A model generated the notes under the pieces. It was not told where the DNA came from. It searched no databases and was given only the letters and a program-made list of their open reading frames with translations. Both the position numbers and the translations under genes were made by a program. Below, piece by piece: positions 47,872 through 61,687 of a DNA stretch of 64,000 nt. Numbering within the stretch: the stretch's first letter is position 1; each line of letters begins with the position of its first letter. Source of the stretch: Callorhinchus milii (lineage: Eukaryota); the NCBI RefSeq assembly GCF_018977255.1, contig NW_024704742.1, positions 84,508,001 through 84,572,000 of the forward strand, in the 5' to 3' direction.

Positions 47872-50800
47872 ACCTGGATATTCTAGAAGACTTGGATCTC
47901 TAGAACTTCAAGGTGGCTGCCACATCACAAGCTATTCTGCAAAGGTCCTTCCCCCACACTAAAGGATGATGTCCATCAAATAGTTGGGTTCTAGTACCTG
48001 CCGCCCACCAAGTTAGGACCCAGACCTGTGCTTGTCAGATGTCAAATGACAAATAGTGACTATTGTCCTGAGTGGGGGGTGGGGGGGAGTAAGCGGGGTT
48101 TGCTTTAGGCTGAACTGCTCCAATGTGACATTCTTGGCAATGGAATATCTGAATCGAGCCAGCCCTCTGTGGTGGTCTCGGTAGTCCAGTTCCTGATCCA
48201 GGCACAGGCACTGCTGATGACAGCACAGCCAGCCTAGTTTATCAGCCTTATCAGTAGCCCTTGGAAGGGAAGATCAGTCACTGGGGGTCAGAGATTCTTC
48301 CTACTCAGCTCCCGTTAACCTTGCAAGCCAAAGCCCTAACGGGTAGGGTGGTCTTAGCCGGATAAGCAGTGTGAAAAGCTTGCCGGATAGTGCTTTTAAT
48401 AGCAAGCTAAGCGGTTTTAGCTGGTTAAAGTCCAACAATATCCCAATGAAAACTTTGGGGGTCACCAAGCCTTGGCTCCTGCCAACCTGTGTCTAATACT
48501 TAGATAAACAGGATGCATCCCTCCAGGGAGAGGGTGTGCATTCCATTCCAGCCACAGTCAAAATTGTGTAGGTGGCATACAAATATGGAATTCTCAGTGT
48601 GGTTTGGATACTCTTAAGCACGGGTGATGCAATTCCACATGTGTCAGACACCAGGCTGAACTAAACGGATTTCGCAGATGAAAAATGACCACTTGTCTAA
48701 AGTGCTGTATGGGATGTAAAACATTAGTGGAGTAAACATAATCAAAAAGAGTCGAATGACTTCTGAAGAGGAAATGAAAGTGAGAAAATTGGCGAAGATA
48801 AAAGTTTATGCAGCAGATTGTACCATTTTCAAATGTTTAATATCATGAGACTTAACTCTTCCATCAGACCATTTCTTCTAACACTTATGATTACGCAGTG
48901 CAGAAATGCTCAAAATAATACACTGCTTGATACATAAAAACTGGAACCTAAGAGATATTACATCTAAGTATCGCCCACAAAATATGCAGTCAATTCACTT
49001 TACAATATATTCTGAGAAACACTTTGGAACGTCTCAACAACATGATAGGCGCTATATCAAATGCAAGGATTAATATTATAATATCAAATCACCCTATGCC
49101 ACTGGACATGTTAATTCAGTTTTCTCTTTACTCTTGTTTGTTATGTTGTCTGAAGTCACAGAAAGGCTAATCTTTTGGTAATCTCCACTTTGCATTGTGT
49201 GACATATCAAGACTGAATATGTAGAGACAGATGTAAGAGCATCAATAGATACTAAAAAAAAATATTTTCAAGTGACAGGAGCACTGAACTGTTCATTTGT
49301 GAAGGATCTCAGGAACCTGTCACCACGTCTGTGAAATTATACCAAACCCAAAGCAGGTTGGAAACCCATTAAGGCACATATGGGACTGCACTTCCTTGAT
49401 CGTTTCCTGTTAGGTTAAGTCAAAGCAAACATTGGAGCACCCATAAATATCCACATGGTACTGCATTGCATGATAATGTTTGATGGTGAGAGGTCTGACC
49501 AGACAAACAATAACACCTCAAGCACAGAATTACGGTCTGTTGTCTCTGGCTTGAGTTGGAGAGAAAAATAGAACAACACTGAACTCCATCTAAATCTGTT
49601 GGTTGGAACTTTCTCACGCTGTATAAATTCCATGTACCGAGGGTACTGGCAGTTCGAATACTATGGGAATCTCTTTCCTCACTCCCCAGACACTAATTTA
49701 CTCCATGTGTATTAGTACAGGGGCACTATTGGCCCTATTGTATGGTATGTGGCCTTAGTCACTCAAGCTCCTCCCTGAGCCTATGTAATTCCATAGACTC
49801 ATTGCTTCAGCTGGTTCTCCATGCTGAAACCAAGTCCGGGGATCATAAACACTCTCCAGAGAGTTGGATAATTTTGTGGCCTCCTCAGAATATAATTCCT
49901 ACTGCTCTTTTATCCCTCCTGTGTGAATTTATCTTTCTATCTAAAGAAATATTGATAGTTGGCCAAGTTTTATACTCTACCGCTGACCAAATGTGCATAC
50001 GGGTAACAGCATGGGAAATCTCTCACAGCAAGTATGTGGGTCAAACTCTAGGGCAGTGAGGCCTCTGTTAACCATGTAGTCAAAATACTGTTTGTAACTT
50101 TAACTCAGCTCAGTGTATCTGCAAAATACCCATAATATTGACTGTGTAAATCTTCTCCTTGAAAATAATGAATATAATCACACCCAGGACTGTACTTTAA
50201 CTTGAATTAGGATTTTCTTATCCACAGACTCAAAGTACAAGTACAAAGAGTTGACTGAGTTACAATCCCAGGAGGCAGTCAAATTTAAGCCCAATATTTG
50301 GTGTAAACATTGCTGTAATTTTCAAAGCAGTTATTTTTAAAAAAAACTTTTTATTGGTCCAAAGAGCCTGAAATAACACTGAGGTAATATCATCCCAGTG
50401 ATTACGTCATCTCAAGATTTAAAACAACATGTACGTCCCACAGAATTGTGAAAACCATGGCCAGTGCATTTTGCAAATTGAATATTAATATTTAATGTAT
50501 GCGTATTAATGAGACACATGCAATAACATCTTAAGTTGCAATGCTCTGACCAAGTAAATATATTGCTCACTTGTAGCTTTGTAATGAGTTTAACAGCTGT
50601 ATTTTACTGAGGTTACAATCGGGTCACAGAGGAAGTGTCTGAGGGTGGCACTGCCTGCATATGTCACTTAAACCCCAGGACAGATTTACCTCCTGAGAGC
50701 TGTAAATCTCACAGTCAGTCTTACTCAGGGGTCCATCTGTTTTTTCCTATTTTAAGCTTTCAAAACAACCTGTTAAAAGATAGCTGGTTTTCACACTATA

Positions 50801-51034
50801 ACAAATTTATGCACCCAGTTGTTCACATTGTGTGAAAGGCCATCGACGGTTTCAAAAGGCAATCATTACTATTGTCCAATACCAAAGTTAAAGTAACAGT
50901 GCCTTCTCCTTCATATAAAATCTCTGTTACATCTTGCAAGTTTTTGATGTTGTCAAAACATTTCACTGCTCAACAGAGTCAACTGACACTGACCAAAAGT
51001 CACAATTCAGTTATATTGATTTGTCCACATTTAC

Positions 51035-51425
51035 AATACAATTGACATTTATCCAGTGCCTTTGACATCAGGAGGACGGACCCAGAGCGCTTGACAGTGG
51101 CGGAGAACAATGCTGAGCCCAGGGGGAGGGCGGGAGGTATCCGTAGGCACAGTCAAAGAGAAAGGTCTTCAGGCGCGACCTGAAGATGTGGAAGGAGGGG
51201 ATGGAAGGTTAGAGGAAGAGTGTCCAGTGTTTCAGGGTAGAGTGGCTGAAAGTGGGGACACCGATGTTGGAACAGAGGGCATGAGGGACAAGCAGGAGCC
51301 CGGAGCCAGTCAAGCAGAGGCAGCGTGTAGTGGGTTGGGGAGTAAGCAGGTCGGAGAGGTAGGGAGGTACCATGGCATGAAGGGATTTGAAGACGACTGT
51401 GAAGATCTTGAAATAAATCTGCCAG
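51035..51425 (-). mobile_element. Old L2 3' fragment
   Basis: Decayed tail (gcctttgacatcaggaggacg) and FKIFTVVFKSLHAMVPPYLSDLL. Confidence 0.75.
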
Positions 51426-52899
51426 TAGAGCCTGGTTAGACCCGTTGTGATGAAGGTACGGAGTTTAGCATGGGTTTAACATAACATCTGAAGGACATCA
51501 CTTCCAACGATGCAGTGCTTCTTCCTGTACTGCCCTGGACTGTCAGCCTAGACATGGATTCCTTCACTGTGCTGCCAGGAGATTGTTTCCAACATGACAT
51601 AGAGCTGTGCCTGTATCATGCATTCAATTTCAGCTCATAATAAACCTATCGTTTCACTCATTCATTCACAGAGCAACCCTCATGGGTCTTAAGGCAAGCA
51701 GCAGTGCAGTCTTCAGGGTGATCCAATAGTGCAAATACTACTGCTAACTGAAAGTGAACCCCATCGCTACCCACTTCCACCACTGCTAAATCTGTTTTTA
51801 TGAAGAAGGTACCCATTAATAATATATGTGAGATGTTGAATTCATATAAGTTACGCACATTGAGTGCAGGACAGAGAATCATTAACGTAAAGTAAGTAAA
51901 ATAAAGTAAGGCTTGTAATAGCATTTTGACATGCGATTCCCCCAAACATAAATGCGTAAACTTCAGCTAAAACAGTATTTTTGTGGTTGACGAAAGGAGC
52001 CTACAAGGCATAGAAATCTCAAACAATGCTTGAATACTTTTCAACAAATTGGTATTTCAAGGTTAAATGCAAGCCTTTGTTTGATCTCCAATGCTGTCAA
52101 TACTGATGGTAGCAAAATATTGAGCATTTCATTAGCGGTTTGTTTGGCTGACCCCAGGCAATCTATTAGTAACATGATGGAAGGATAAAGCTCAATGACC
52201 TTTGCAAGGTCAGGTTGTTCTCCAGCATTGTTTCCTTCCTTCCTCTGCCCTCGTCCATGTAATGTGGGCTGTTAAACAGCTCTCAATTTTCCTAAGTATT
52301 CATTGACGCTCATTGTGTAGCACATGGGGAATAGTGTCTTAATCTGGTAAAGGTTTCTCATTTGTTTTTCAGGTTAGCCTAATGGTCAATGCAGCAAGAG
52401 TTAATGATAGGTGATGGTGGGGGGTGGAGAGAAAAGGAGTTCCTAGGTTTGTGGTGGTGAGAGGGACTAAGGTAATGAAGACCTGGAGTGATACATGGGA
52501 TGGAATTGCAGCTTGGCAGAAGTCGGAAGCTTCAGGAGAGGACAGAGCAACTTAAGAAGGGGAAATTTAAAGAGACCATTCTATCTGAGAGACAATCATC
52601 CCCCCCCACCCACCCCCACACACAAAAATACCTGTGAAGTACTTTGAGATGTCCTCCCAATGTGAGAGGTGTTATGCCAAATGTAAAGACTATTATTTTT
52701 ATTATTTGGTTTCGCCCACAAAATACACAGTCACTACACTATGTTCTGTGAAGCACTTTAAGACATCTCAAGGACATGATAAAGTGCTACATTAAATACA
52801 AGGATTATTATTATTATTAACCAGGGTGGTCCCCTTCAGGGCAGAAGCCTCAAAATACCATTGTACAGTCAGAGTAGTCAATAGTAAAACAATAGTAAA

Positions 52900-53312
52900 A
52901 CAACAACAAATTTACATTTATACAGCACCTTTCAGATCAGGAGGATGTCCCAAAGTGCTGGACAGTCCAGGGTTTGCACCCAAGCTGGGGGTGGGGGCCA
53001 AATGGGTGGGGGATGAGGAGGGTGAAGGGGGGGAAGATAACCAAAGATGCAGTTAAAAAGAAAGGTTGTGAGGTGGTCCTTGAAGGAGGTGATGAGCGGG
53101 TGAGTCGTAAGGAATCTGGAATGGAGTTCCACAGATTGGGGACAGAAAGGCTGAAAGTCCGTAGGGCAGGACATAAAAAAGGTTGTGAAGAGGGAGCGAA
53201 CAGGTGTTAGGATTTAAGAAGGTCACAGAGATAGGGTGGGGTGAGACCATGGGAGTTAGGAGTTAGGTTAAGGGTTAGGATGAGGATCTTGAACTCGATC
53301 TGCTGGGGGATG
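52900..53312 (-). mobile_element. L2 3' fragment
   Basis: caacaacaaatttacattt tail; IPQQIEFKILIL..HGLTPPYLCDLL. Confidence 0.85.
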
Positions 53313-54181
53313 TTATGAAGTGATAACAGCCTCCGATTTTTTTCAGGTCCAAAATGTGACTGCTTTAAACTCTTCAAGCCCTTTACATCTCCACCCAACT
53401 GAGTCTACTATAGAAGGAAAAGAAAGTTTTATTTTTGCGGCTGCTGCAAACCTATCCATCTTTAGGTTTTCCTTTGATTAAGCATCCATTAAAATGACCT
53501 CACTCTGCTTCACAAATGCATTGGCAATGGATTACAGGAGCACTTCACAACAAACATTGAGCTCATTACCTGAATTTGGCCGAACACATGATATTGGACC
53601 ATGAGGCATCATTTTACACTGGTGCAGTGGGAGGGGGGGCACTGTCAAGGTGTTCTGTTTATACTCTCTGTTTTTACGTGCTCTCTTGACTTGTTTTCAC
53701 ACTGTTGCCATAGGGTACTTTTCAGCTTTTAGTCTTTCAAAACAGCTAACGACTCTGAGAATAACACTGATTTGAATTTATATAGTGCTTTTCAACAACA
53801 ACAAGATTACATTTGTATAGTGCCTTTCACATCGGGAGGACATCCCAAGTTGCTGGACTGCATACAGCATTTCAGACCCGAGCTGGGTCATAACAATTTT
53901 CACATAACAATAAACATGGTGAAGCGTTTTACAAACTGTAATTGGTGAGAAACGGAAGTGAATGTAGTTACACAGGCAAACACAGTAAAAAAAAACGATA
54001 TTTCAGAGGCATCCTTGAAATCAAAGCACGTCTTATATACTATGAGATGAAATAGGTGGTTTAGATCACAGGATGTGTTCAGATAGGCCATTTGATCTCA
54101 TCCCTCCAGAATAAGGTACCCAGCTTCTTTCGATTACATATAACAAATAGTTCCATAAATTAGTCCAGTGTCGTGGCTTCC

Positions 54182-54429
54182 AGAGAAAGGAGGGGGATCA
54201 GAGAGAGGAGTGGGTCAGAGAGAGGAGAGAGTCAGAGAAAGGAGGGGCTCGGAGAGAAGAGAAAGTCAGAGAGAAGAGGGGGTCAGAGAGAAGAGGGGGT
54301 TTGAGAGAGAAGGGGGTCTGAGAAAGAAGGGGGTCAGAGTGAGAAGGGGGTCTGAGAGAGAAGGGGGGCTGAGAGAGAAGGGGGTCAGAGTGAGGAGCGG
54401 GTCAGAGAGAGGAAGGGGGTCACAGAGAG
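54182..54429 (+). repeat. Purine-rich minisatellite, unit of about 15-16 bp (gagagaagggggtca)
   Basis: Roughly 15 degenerate tandem units. Confidence 0.9.
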
Positions 54430-54837
54430 CTTATGTCTCTTCCTATGGTTGCCCTCCACATATAGTTTGTTAACATTGGGTCCCAATAACATTGGATCGG
54501 TTTGTGCACCAATTATGGATAGTATCGACTGTTTCTTTCATTACAACGCCTCGTGCTTGTTTCACTATCGTTCACACATCAAAGGCTTCCATACAATTTC
54601 AAATTACAATTTCAAATCATGCAAAATGCTTACATTCAGTCTTAATTTGGAAGCCATTTCTTTTCAAGAACAGCGGAAAACCAGCTTCCAAATTAAGACT
54701 GAATTTAAGATTAGTCCACAATTCTGCAGAATATCAAATTTTAAGATGAATTGGTCTTAAAAGAACAGGAGTAGATGGCTTCACAGGTTTCAATTTTTAT
54801 TCTGGGAATTCCTGGTACTTGCGATCCACCACAGGAA

Positions 54838-55100
54838 CCACACACAGTGCACACACTCCTGTACACACACACACCACCTGACACATACAGATACACTACC
54901 TCATACACACACACACCTGCCTGACATACAGACACACACCACAGAGACACCTCCTGACACATACACACACACACTACCTGACACAAACAGACTGCACAGA
55001 CTCCTCACACACTCACTCATACACACACCGCACAGACGCCCAACCCACATAGACATGTGTGCACTCAAAATACAAACACTCACACATACATCACACAGAG
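54838..55100 (+). repeat. CA-rich degenerate microsatellite (acacacacacc(t)cctg variants)
   Basis: Visible low complexity. Confidence 0.85.
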
Positions 55101-55837
55101 TGCATCCACAGTTACTTTTTTAGATAAATACTAAATACTAACCTCCTGCTGCCATCTACTGCACAAGTGAGACATTTCTATTCCATCCTTCCTTTTGACT
55201 TTTCTGAGTAAAAAAGCCAATTTATCTTGGTTTAGTTTGTAGCACTCTTGCCTCTGGGTTAGAAAATTGTGGGTTCAAACCCCATGTTAGTAATTTGAGC
55301 TCCTAGTCAAGGCTGACATCTGTAATGATAATGGAAGCATTGTATTGTAGGTGTTGCTGTCTTTCGGATTAGTCTTTAACCAAGATCCATTTTTAGTCCC
55401 CAGTGCCTGGTCAACAATCCTCCAGATCAACAACAACAAAATTACATTTATATAGCACCTTTCACGTCGGGAGGACATCCCAAGGCGCTGAGCAATTGAT
55501 CATTCACCTACTAGCTGTTTGTGGGATCATCTGGGTGCAAATAGTTACTGAATTTGACAGTAAAAATAGATAAATATAGACATATGTGTTATTTATTTTA
55601 ATTGTTGACTCTTTCCTCCCCAAAACAGAACCAAATAATTGTCATTAATACAATCATACCAATTACTGAACACTCTGAAATGTCTGTTCAATTTTACCAA
55701 CAGAAATTAATATTAACACATGAAAATTTAGATCAGATATCAGAGAGAGAAAACTGTTTACAGTTTTCAAAGGCTGAAGAAACAAAGGAGAAAGTGGTGC
55801 CAATTGGTGATAGCGATTCACAGAATTTCCTGCCTCT

Positions 55838-56230
55838 GTTGGTAGCACTCTTGTTTCTGAGTCAGAAGTTTATGAGTTCAAGCCCCATTCTTAACTTGGG
55901 ACGTCGTCTAAGCTGACACTCCAATGCAATGCTGGGGGTGTTCTGTACTGTTAGAGGTGCCGTCCTCTGGATGAGATGTTAAACTGAGGCCCTATCTGCC
56001 TGTTCAGGTAGTGTTAAAATCCCATGGCACTATTCGAAAAGAGAAGGTGCCACAGTCAACAATCCCCAAATAAAATTTGACACTCTCTTCCTGGCTCTGT
56101 GTGTGGGACATTGCTTGTGCTAATTGACTGCTGCATTTGCCCACGAAACACGCATCCACTACACTTTACATTATAGACTGTGAAGCACCTTGGGGTGTCA
56201 TACCAACATCAAATGCACAGATTATTATTA
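55838..56230 (+). mobile_element. Older Deu-SINE, near full length
   Basis: gttggtagcactcttg..ctgagtcagaag..gagttcaagccc head, Deu core and tail. Confidence 0.85.
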
Positions 56231-56374
56231 TGTAGCTTCATTCTGGTTGGCAATTTTTTGACATACAGTTCAGACCCTTCCAGAGACTATCGTTCACATG
56301 CCAGAACTGAGTGCTGTTAACTCATCAGAATTTATGGCATCATTTTTACTCTTTTAAATTTGAAACCCTTTAAG

Positions 56375-56560
56375 TCTTTCAGGGAATATCCACCAGAATT
56401 TTGACCATGGAGTCAGTGGACATGTTCGAGAGGGAGATAGAGAGAAAGATAGCTATTTGCTGAACAAAGATATTAAAAGATATGGGAAACAGGCAGAGAA
56501 ATAGATTTAACAACAGGTCAGAGTCAGAAAACCATATGGTCTACCACCTTTCTTATGTAA
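56375..56560 (+). mobile_element. Decayed CR1 3' end
   Basis: atggagtcagtggacatgttcgagagggagatag..gatattaaaagatatggg resembles 22240-22330. Confidence 0.55.
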
Positions 56561-57300
56561 CTTGCCTTGCAGGAAGTGGAGAGTGAGTGTGTCTAATGTA
56601 AACTGTAAACTGTGTAGTGAGGTGAAATGATTTGTTTAACAGGCCTAAAATATGTCTGCATCAGAGGCAGTGACAGAGAAAACAGCTTCAACTTTCTTTC
56701 ACAGAACAATGAAATCTTTTCACATTTCTGTGTGTGAAACACTCAGGTTATTAGATTAGTGGAATTAGAGAAATTACAGCTGTTTCCACGCATCCTTAAG
56801 AAAAAATTTGATTTCTATTCAACTCTTGAGTGCTGGCTTTTCCTGCCATTTTACACAATGCAAACTTGTTTCCAAAAACTTGTTTCACTCAAATAACATC
56901 AAATTAAATTGAACCCTTGGCAAGCAGTGAAATGGATAAAAAGAAAAGACTGCAAAGTGAAGCATACTCCAGAACTAATCTTCACAGAAACTGAAGACAA
57001 ATCAAACCTTACTGGATCAGTTAAATTGTACCAGGAAGTGACGGATCGTGGGAAATGCTGGCAAAGGATTTAATTTGTGCGTTTTTGCAATTAACCTTGT
57101 GTCCAATTAAATTCACACCATGTGTATTCCACACAAATTAATATTGGATTATTTTCACTTTTTTGTGTTCAACAATTCCATATAACCTCCATCTCATCGA
57201 AAAACAATTTGGTCACTCAATCCATGACTGTTTGTGGGGCACGATGCTGCATTTCACCCACAAAATATACAGTCAATTCCCTTTACAGTATATTCTGTGA

Positions 57301-57687
57301 AGCGCTTTGGGCATAAAGAAGCTTTGACAGTGATAACAATGTAGTGTTTGAGTGCTAGAACATTAATATCCTGACCTACATCATCTTAACTTGCATCAAT
57401 TTTGGCTTTAGTTCAACATTTTAAATGAGGCTGTTGGATTATACATAAGAGTGTGGCTAATAGTGCACAGGTATTGACGGCAGACAAGGACGCTTGAATT
57501 AAGAGAAGTTGTTCACATCCTCATATTTGCTACCACCTTCCAGATGGTGGTACACTCAATAATCATACACTTTCACCCACAAAATATACAGTCCATTCAC
57601 TTTACAGTATATTCTGTGAAATGCTTTGAGACGTCTTAAAGACCTAATAAGACGCTACATCAAATGCAAGGATTATTATTATTATTA
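57301..57687 (+). repeat. Direct duplication of about 390 bp, copy A (unique 260 bp plus SINE tail)
   Basis: Aligns end to end with 58387-58778. Confidence 0.92.
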
Positions 57688-57894
57688 GCCCAGGGAGCTA
57701 AATAAGTCTTCCACTTGTCACACACTTGTTTCTGTTATACTTCAGGGGTTAATGCCCAATGTTTACTGTGCAACTGAAAATGCAATGCTCTATTTTCATT
57801 ATGCTGAAGGAGTTGATAGGTGTGTGAGTCATTATCCTGTTGAAAGGGTGAATGTCTTTTCTTGTACAGGTCACCTGCCTATTCTGGATTTGTT

Positions 57895-58335
57895 AATAAA
57901 TAATAATCCTTGCATTTGATATAGCACCTTATCACGTCATTGAAATGCCTCAAAGGGCTTTACAGGATTTACGGAAAAATAGAGTGAGTGCATATTTGTC
58001 GGCAAACACAGCAGCTAGTTTGTCCCATACCAATGTCCCACAAACAACCATGAAGTCAATGGCAACTTTTGTTGGGGGATTGTTGACCAGGACTCCGGGA
58101 GAATATCCTTTCTCTTTTTGAAAAGTCCCATGGGATCTCTAACATCCATCTGAACCAGCAGACAATGTTTAATGTCTCATCTAAAAAATGACACCTCTGA
58201 CAATGCAGCATTCCACCAGCATGTATAGGAGTGTCAGGCCAGACTGCATCAGCTCAAAATCCCAACGTGGGACTTGAACCCAAAACCTTCTGATGTCAGC
58301 GACACAAGTGTTACCAACTCAGCCAGTCTGACACA
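57895..58335 (-). mobile_element. Older Deu-SINE, full length
   Basis: Tail at 57895; head reverse complement ggacttgaaccc..accttctga..accaactcagcc. Confidence 0.85.
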
Positions 58336-58386
58336 TTTCTTTGACAGAAACCTTTAACTTTCCAAAGACGAAATATATAGACATTC

Positions 58387-58778
58387 AGCGTTCTGGGCAT
58401 AAATAAGCTTTGGCAGTGTTAACAATGTAGTGTTTGAGTGTTAGAACATTAATATTCTGACCTATATCATCTAAACTTGCATCAATTTGGGAGTTGGTTC
58501 AACATTTTAAATGAGGCTGTTGGACTCTACATACCAGTGTGGCTAATAGTACACAGGTATTGAAGGCGGACAAAGATGCTTGACTTAAGAGACGTTGTTC
58601 ATTTCCTCATAATTGCTACCACCTTCCAGATGGTGTTAATGTTCGCAATAATAATCATACAGTTTCACCCACAAAATATACAGTCAATTCACGTTACAGT
58701 ATATCCTGCGAAATGATTTGAAATGTCTTGAAGACGTGATAAGGTGCTATATCAAATGCAAGGATTATTATTATTATA
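58387..58778 (+). repeat. Direct duplication of about 390 bp, copy B
   Basis: Aligns end to end with 57301-57687. Confidence 0.92.
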
Positions 58779-59568
58779 ATGGAGGATGACTTTGAAAGTT
58801 AGAAATGGCTTTGCTTGCCGATGGTTGGATAAACAGTAGTTATTTACAGACAATATTGTGGATCTTACAGAACTGCTGATGGATAGCAGTTTTCCAACCA
58901 GAGTTGCCAGCCTTTGTTCTGATGGTTTTAAAAGTCTCTTCCACTGTTTTCATATTTTGGTCCTTCAAAAGCAGGTCTCAGCAACTCCTTACTTCCTGAG
59001 TGCTGCTCCAAGTTCCTCTCTCTCACCCTCTGACCAGTAACCATTCTGATCCACTCTCGCTCCAGATAGTGTGAATACACAAGTGCTTCAGTGAACTTAC
59101 TCTGAGAGAGTTAATAGGATCTTTTTTTTAAAGTTAAAAAGTACGATTATTTTCTGCGCAACTCAAAAGAGCAATTAAATAGACTGAAGCCCCATTCCTG
59201 CCCACAACAACAACAACAAATTGTATTTATGTAAACATAGTCAACAATGACCAAAACAAGGTGATTATTGGCTTCAGGAACGTATTGGGGTATGTCTGGT
59301 AGTTTGCCCGCAAATACACAGTCACACCACTTTACAGTATATCCGGTGAAGCGCTTTGATACATCTCAACAATGTGATGGTGTTGTCAAATGCAAAGTTG
59401 TTTGTGGGACATTGTTGTGGCACATTGGCTGCTGTATTTGCCCACAAAATACACCATCTAACCACTTTACAGTATATCCTGCAGAGCACTTTGGGATGTC
59501 CTGACATGAAAGGCAAAATGTAAATATTATTATTATTACTATTATTACTGAGGATTATTATCATTACT

Positions 59569-60438
59569 ACAACAACAAAAACAACAAGATTCTATTTGAA
59601 GAGCGCCTTTCACGTCGGGAGGACGTCCCAAGGCGCTGTACAGTTGGATCAGGACCCGAGCAGGGGGGAAATGGTCAGGGTGAGGGGAGGGAAGGGAGGG
59701 AGCGAGGAAGGGGTAGAGAGTCGAGAGGGGAGCTGAAGGCACGGTCAAAGAGAAAGGTCTTGAGACCGGCCTTGAAGGAGGAAAGGGAGGAGGCGGCGAA
59801 GGCACTGGGGGATGGAGTTCCAGAGCCTCGGGGCTGAGAGGCTGAAGGCCCGGCCACCGATGGTAGGGCGGTCGGGGCGGGGGATGTGGAGCAGACCGGA
59901 GCCAGAGGAACGGAGGGTACGGGCAGGTAGGTAGGGGGATACTAGGTCAGAGAGGTAGGAGGGAGCAAGACCGAGAATGACCTTGTAGGTGAGGGTGAAG
60001 ATCTTGAATTCGATCCTCTGGGGGATGGGGAGCCAGTGGAGGTGAGCGAGGGTGGGAGTGATGTGGTCCCGAAGCCTGGTGCGGGACAGTACACGAGCTG
60101 CAGAATTCTGAATGACCTGCAGCTTGTGGAGGGAGGTGCCGGGAAGGCCGGCGAGGAGAGAGTTCCCATAGTGGACCAGAGTTTCAGCAGCGTGAGGGGT
60201 GAGGTAGTGCCGTAGTCTGGCGATGTTTCGGAGCTGGTGGAAGCCGATGCCAGTTGTGATGCGGATGTGGGGAAGAAAGGACAACTCAGGGTCGAACAGA
60301 ACCCCGAGGTTCCTGACTGGCTTTGAGAGGTGGAGAGTGCAGCCTTGGATGCTGATGCTGTCAGCGCCTGAGGTGCGGAGGCGCTGACGCGAACCAATCA
60401 GGAGGGCCTCAGTTTTACGCATGTTGAGCTGAAGAAAG
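59569..60438 (-). mobile_element. Young 5'-truncated L2 inserted in the (ATT)n tail of an oppositely oriented SINE
   Basis: Long open RT C-terminal frame, many intact CpGs, well-formed 3' stem-loop. ggattattatcatt occurs on both sides. Confidence 0.95.
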
Positions 60439-61097
60439 ATGTTGTTATTATTATTATTGTTAGGGATTATTATCATTGTTATTAAGGATTATTATTATTA
60501 TTAATGCCATTGTTAGAATAGACAAACATGGCAAAAAGGAAAAAAAGAGAAAATATGGCAGCATCACAAAGTCACAGAGATAAGAGAGAGGGACCAGCAA
60601 CCTAATAAAGAGGGTTTAATGAAGCAGCCGTCATTATTCCAGGGAGAATTATAGAGCTTCAGACACATCTTATTTGGTACAATTATTTGACCAGGTTCAC
60701 AGTTTAACCAAATTCTCTTTTCACTCAGCTTGTACCTGAGGTTAACAGCCAGCACTTAGGAGCTGAATCCATTGTCACTTTTTATGGTGTAGAACTTGCC
60801 AAGAAGGGAAGCTGAAAGAGATCTAGAGGTTTTAGTTGACTCATCATTAAAGCTGTGTGAGGCAGCAATAAACAAGGCAAACAGCTTGATTGCCAAATTG
60901 GCTGAGTTCAGATCCCAAGACATCATACTCCAGATTCAAGTCCAAGGACAGACCTCCTTTGGGTGAGTTCCCTTAAGCATAGCTCAAGGATCAAATTGAC
61001 TATCAATCTACATAGATCAGGTCAAAACCAAGCACCTCATTTATCCACTGAGATAATGGGCTTTACTAATTTTCTTTCAAGGAAACAGAACTCAAAA

Positions 61098-61450
61098 CGT
61101 AGAGTCCCACAGCGTATTGGTAAGGAGCACTTGCCTCAAAGCGAGGGAAACCATGTTCGATTCCTGGGCAGGGCGAATCCTTAGGCAAGTTTCCTTTTTC
61201 CACACAATTCTGTTTACCTAGCAGTAAGTGGGAATACGGTTGTCAGTTGATCAGTGGATCGCTTTCCGGTGGTAATAATCCCTTAAAAAAAATACATTTG
61301 GTCACTCAATCCACGACTGTGTGTGGGACGCTGCTGTGCGCAATTGGCAATATACAATCAATCCACTTTGCAGTATATTCTGTGAAGCGCTTTGAGACGT
61401 CTCAACAACCTAATAAGGCGCTATATCAAATAAGGATTATTATTATTATA
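61098..61450 (+). mobile_element. tRNA SINE, long subfamily
   Basis: Same extra segment (tgtttacctagcagtaagtgggaa) and older-type tail as 33209-33568. Confidence 0.85.
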
Positions 61451-61687
61451 AATCTGGAAATTCCAACAAATTGCTTTTATCATGATATATCCCTAGATTA
61501 TTAGTATACCAAGAGTTTCCTGACACAATTCAGCAAATTATTCTAAAACAAAGTTTAAAAAAAGTTTGCCCTATATTTTGAAACCTCAAATTTATTGACA
61601 ATTGTCAAAAATGGCCAGAAAATATCATAATCGTTTTTCTGTTTTGTAGTGAATGCTTTGAAGGCAATAATTTATATTAATAGTTAA

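Noticed and set aside
53250..53280. Interstitial telomeric repeat (gttaggagttaggttaagggttagg)
   Set aside because: No tandem perfect TTAGGG, and it lies within a decayed L2; compatible with local slippage.
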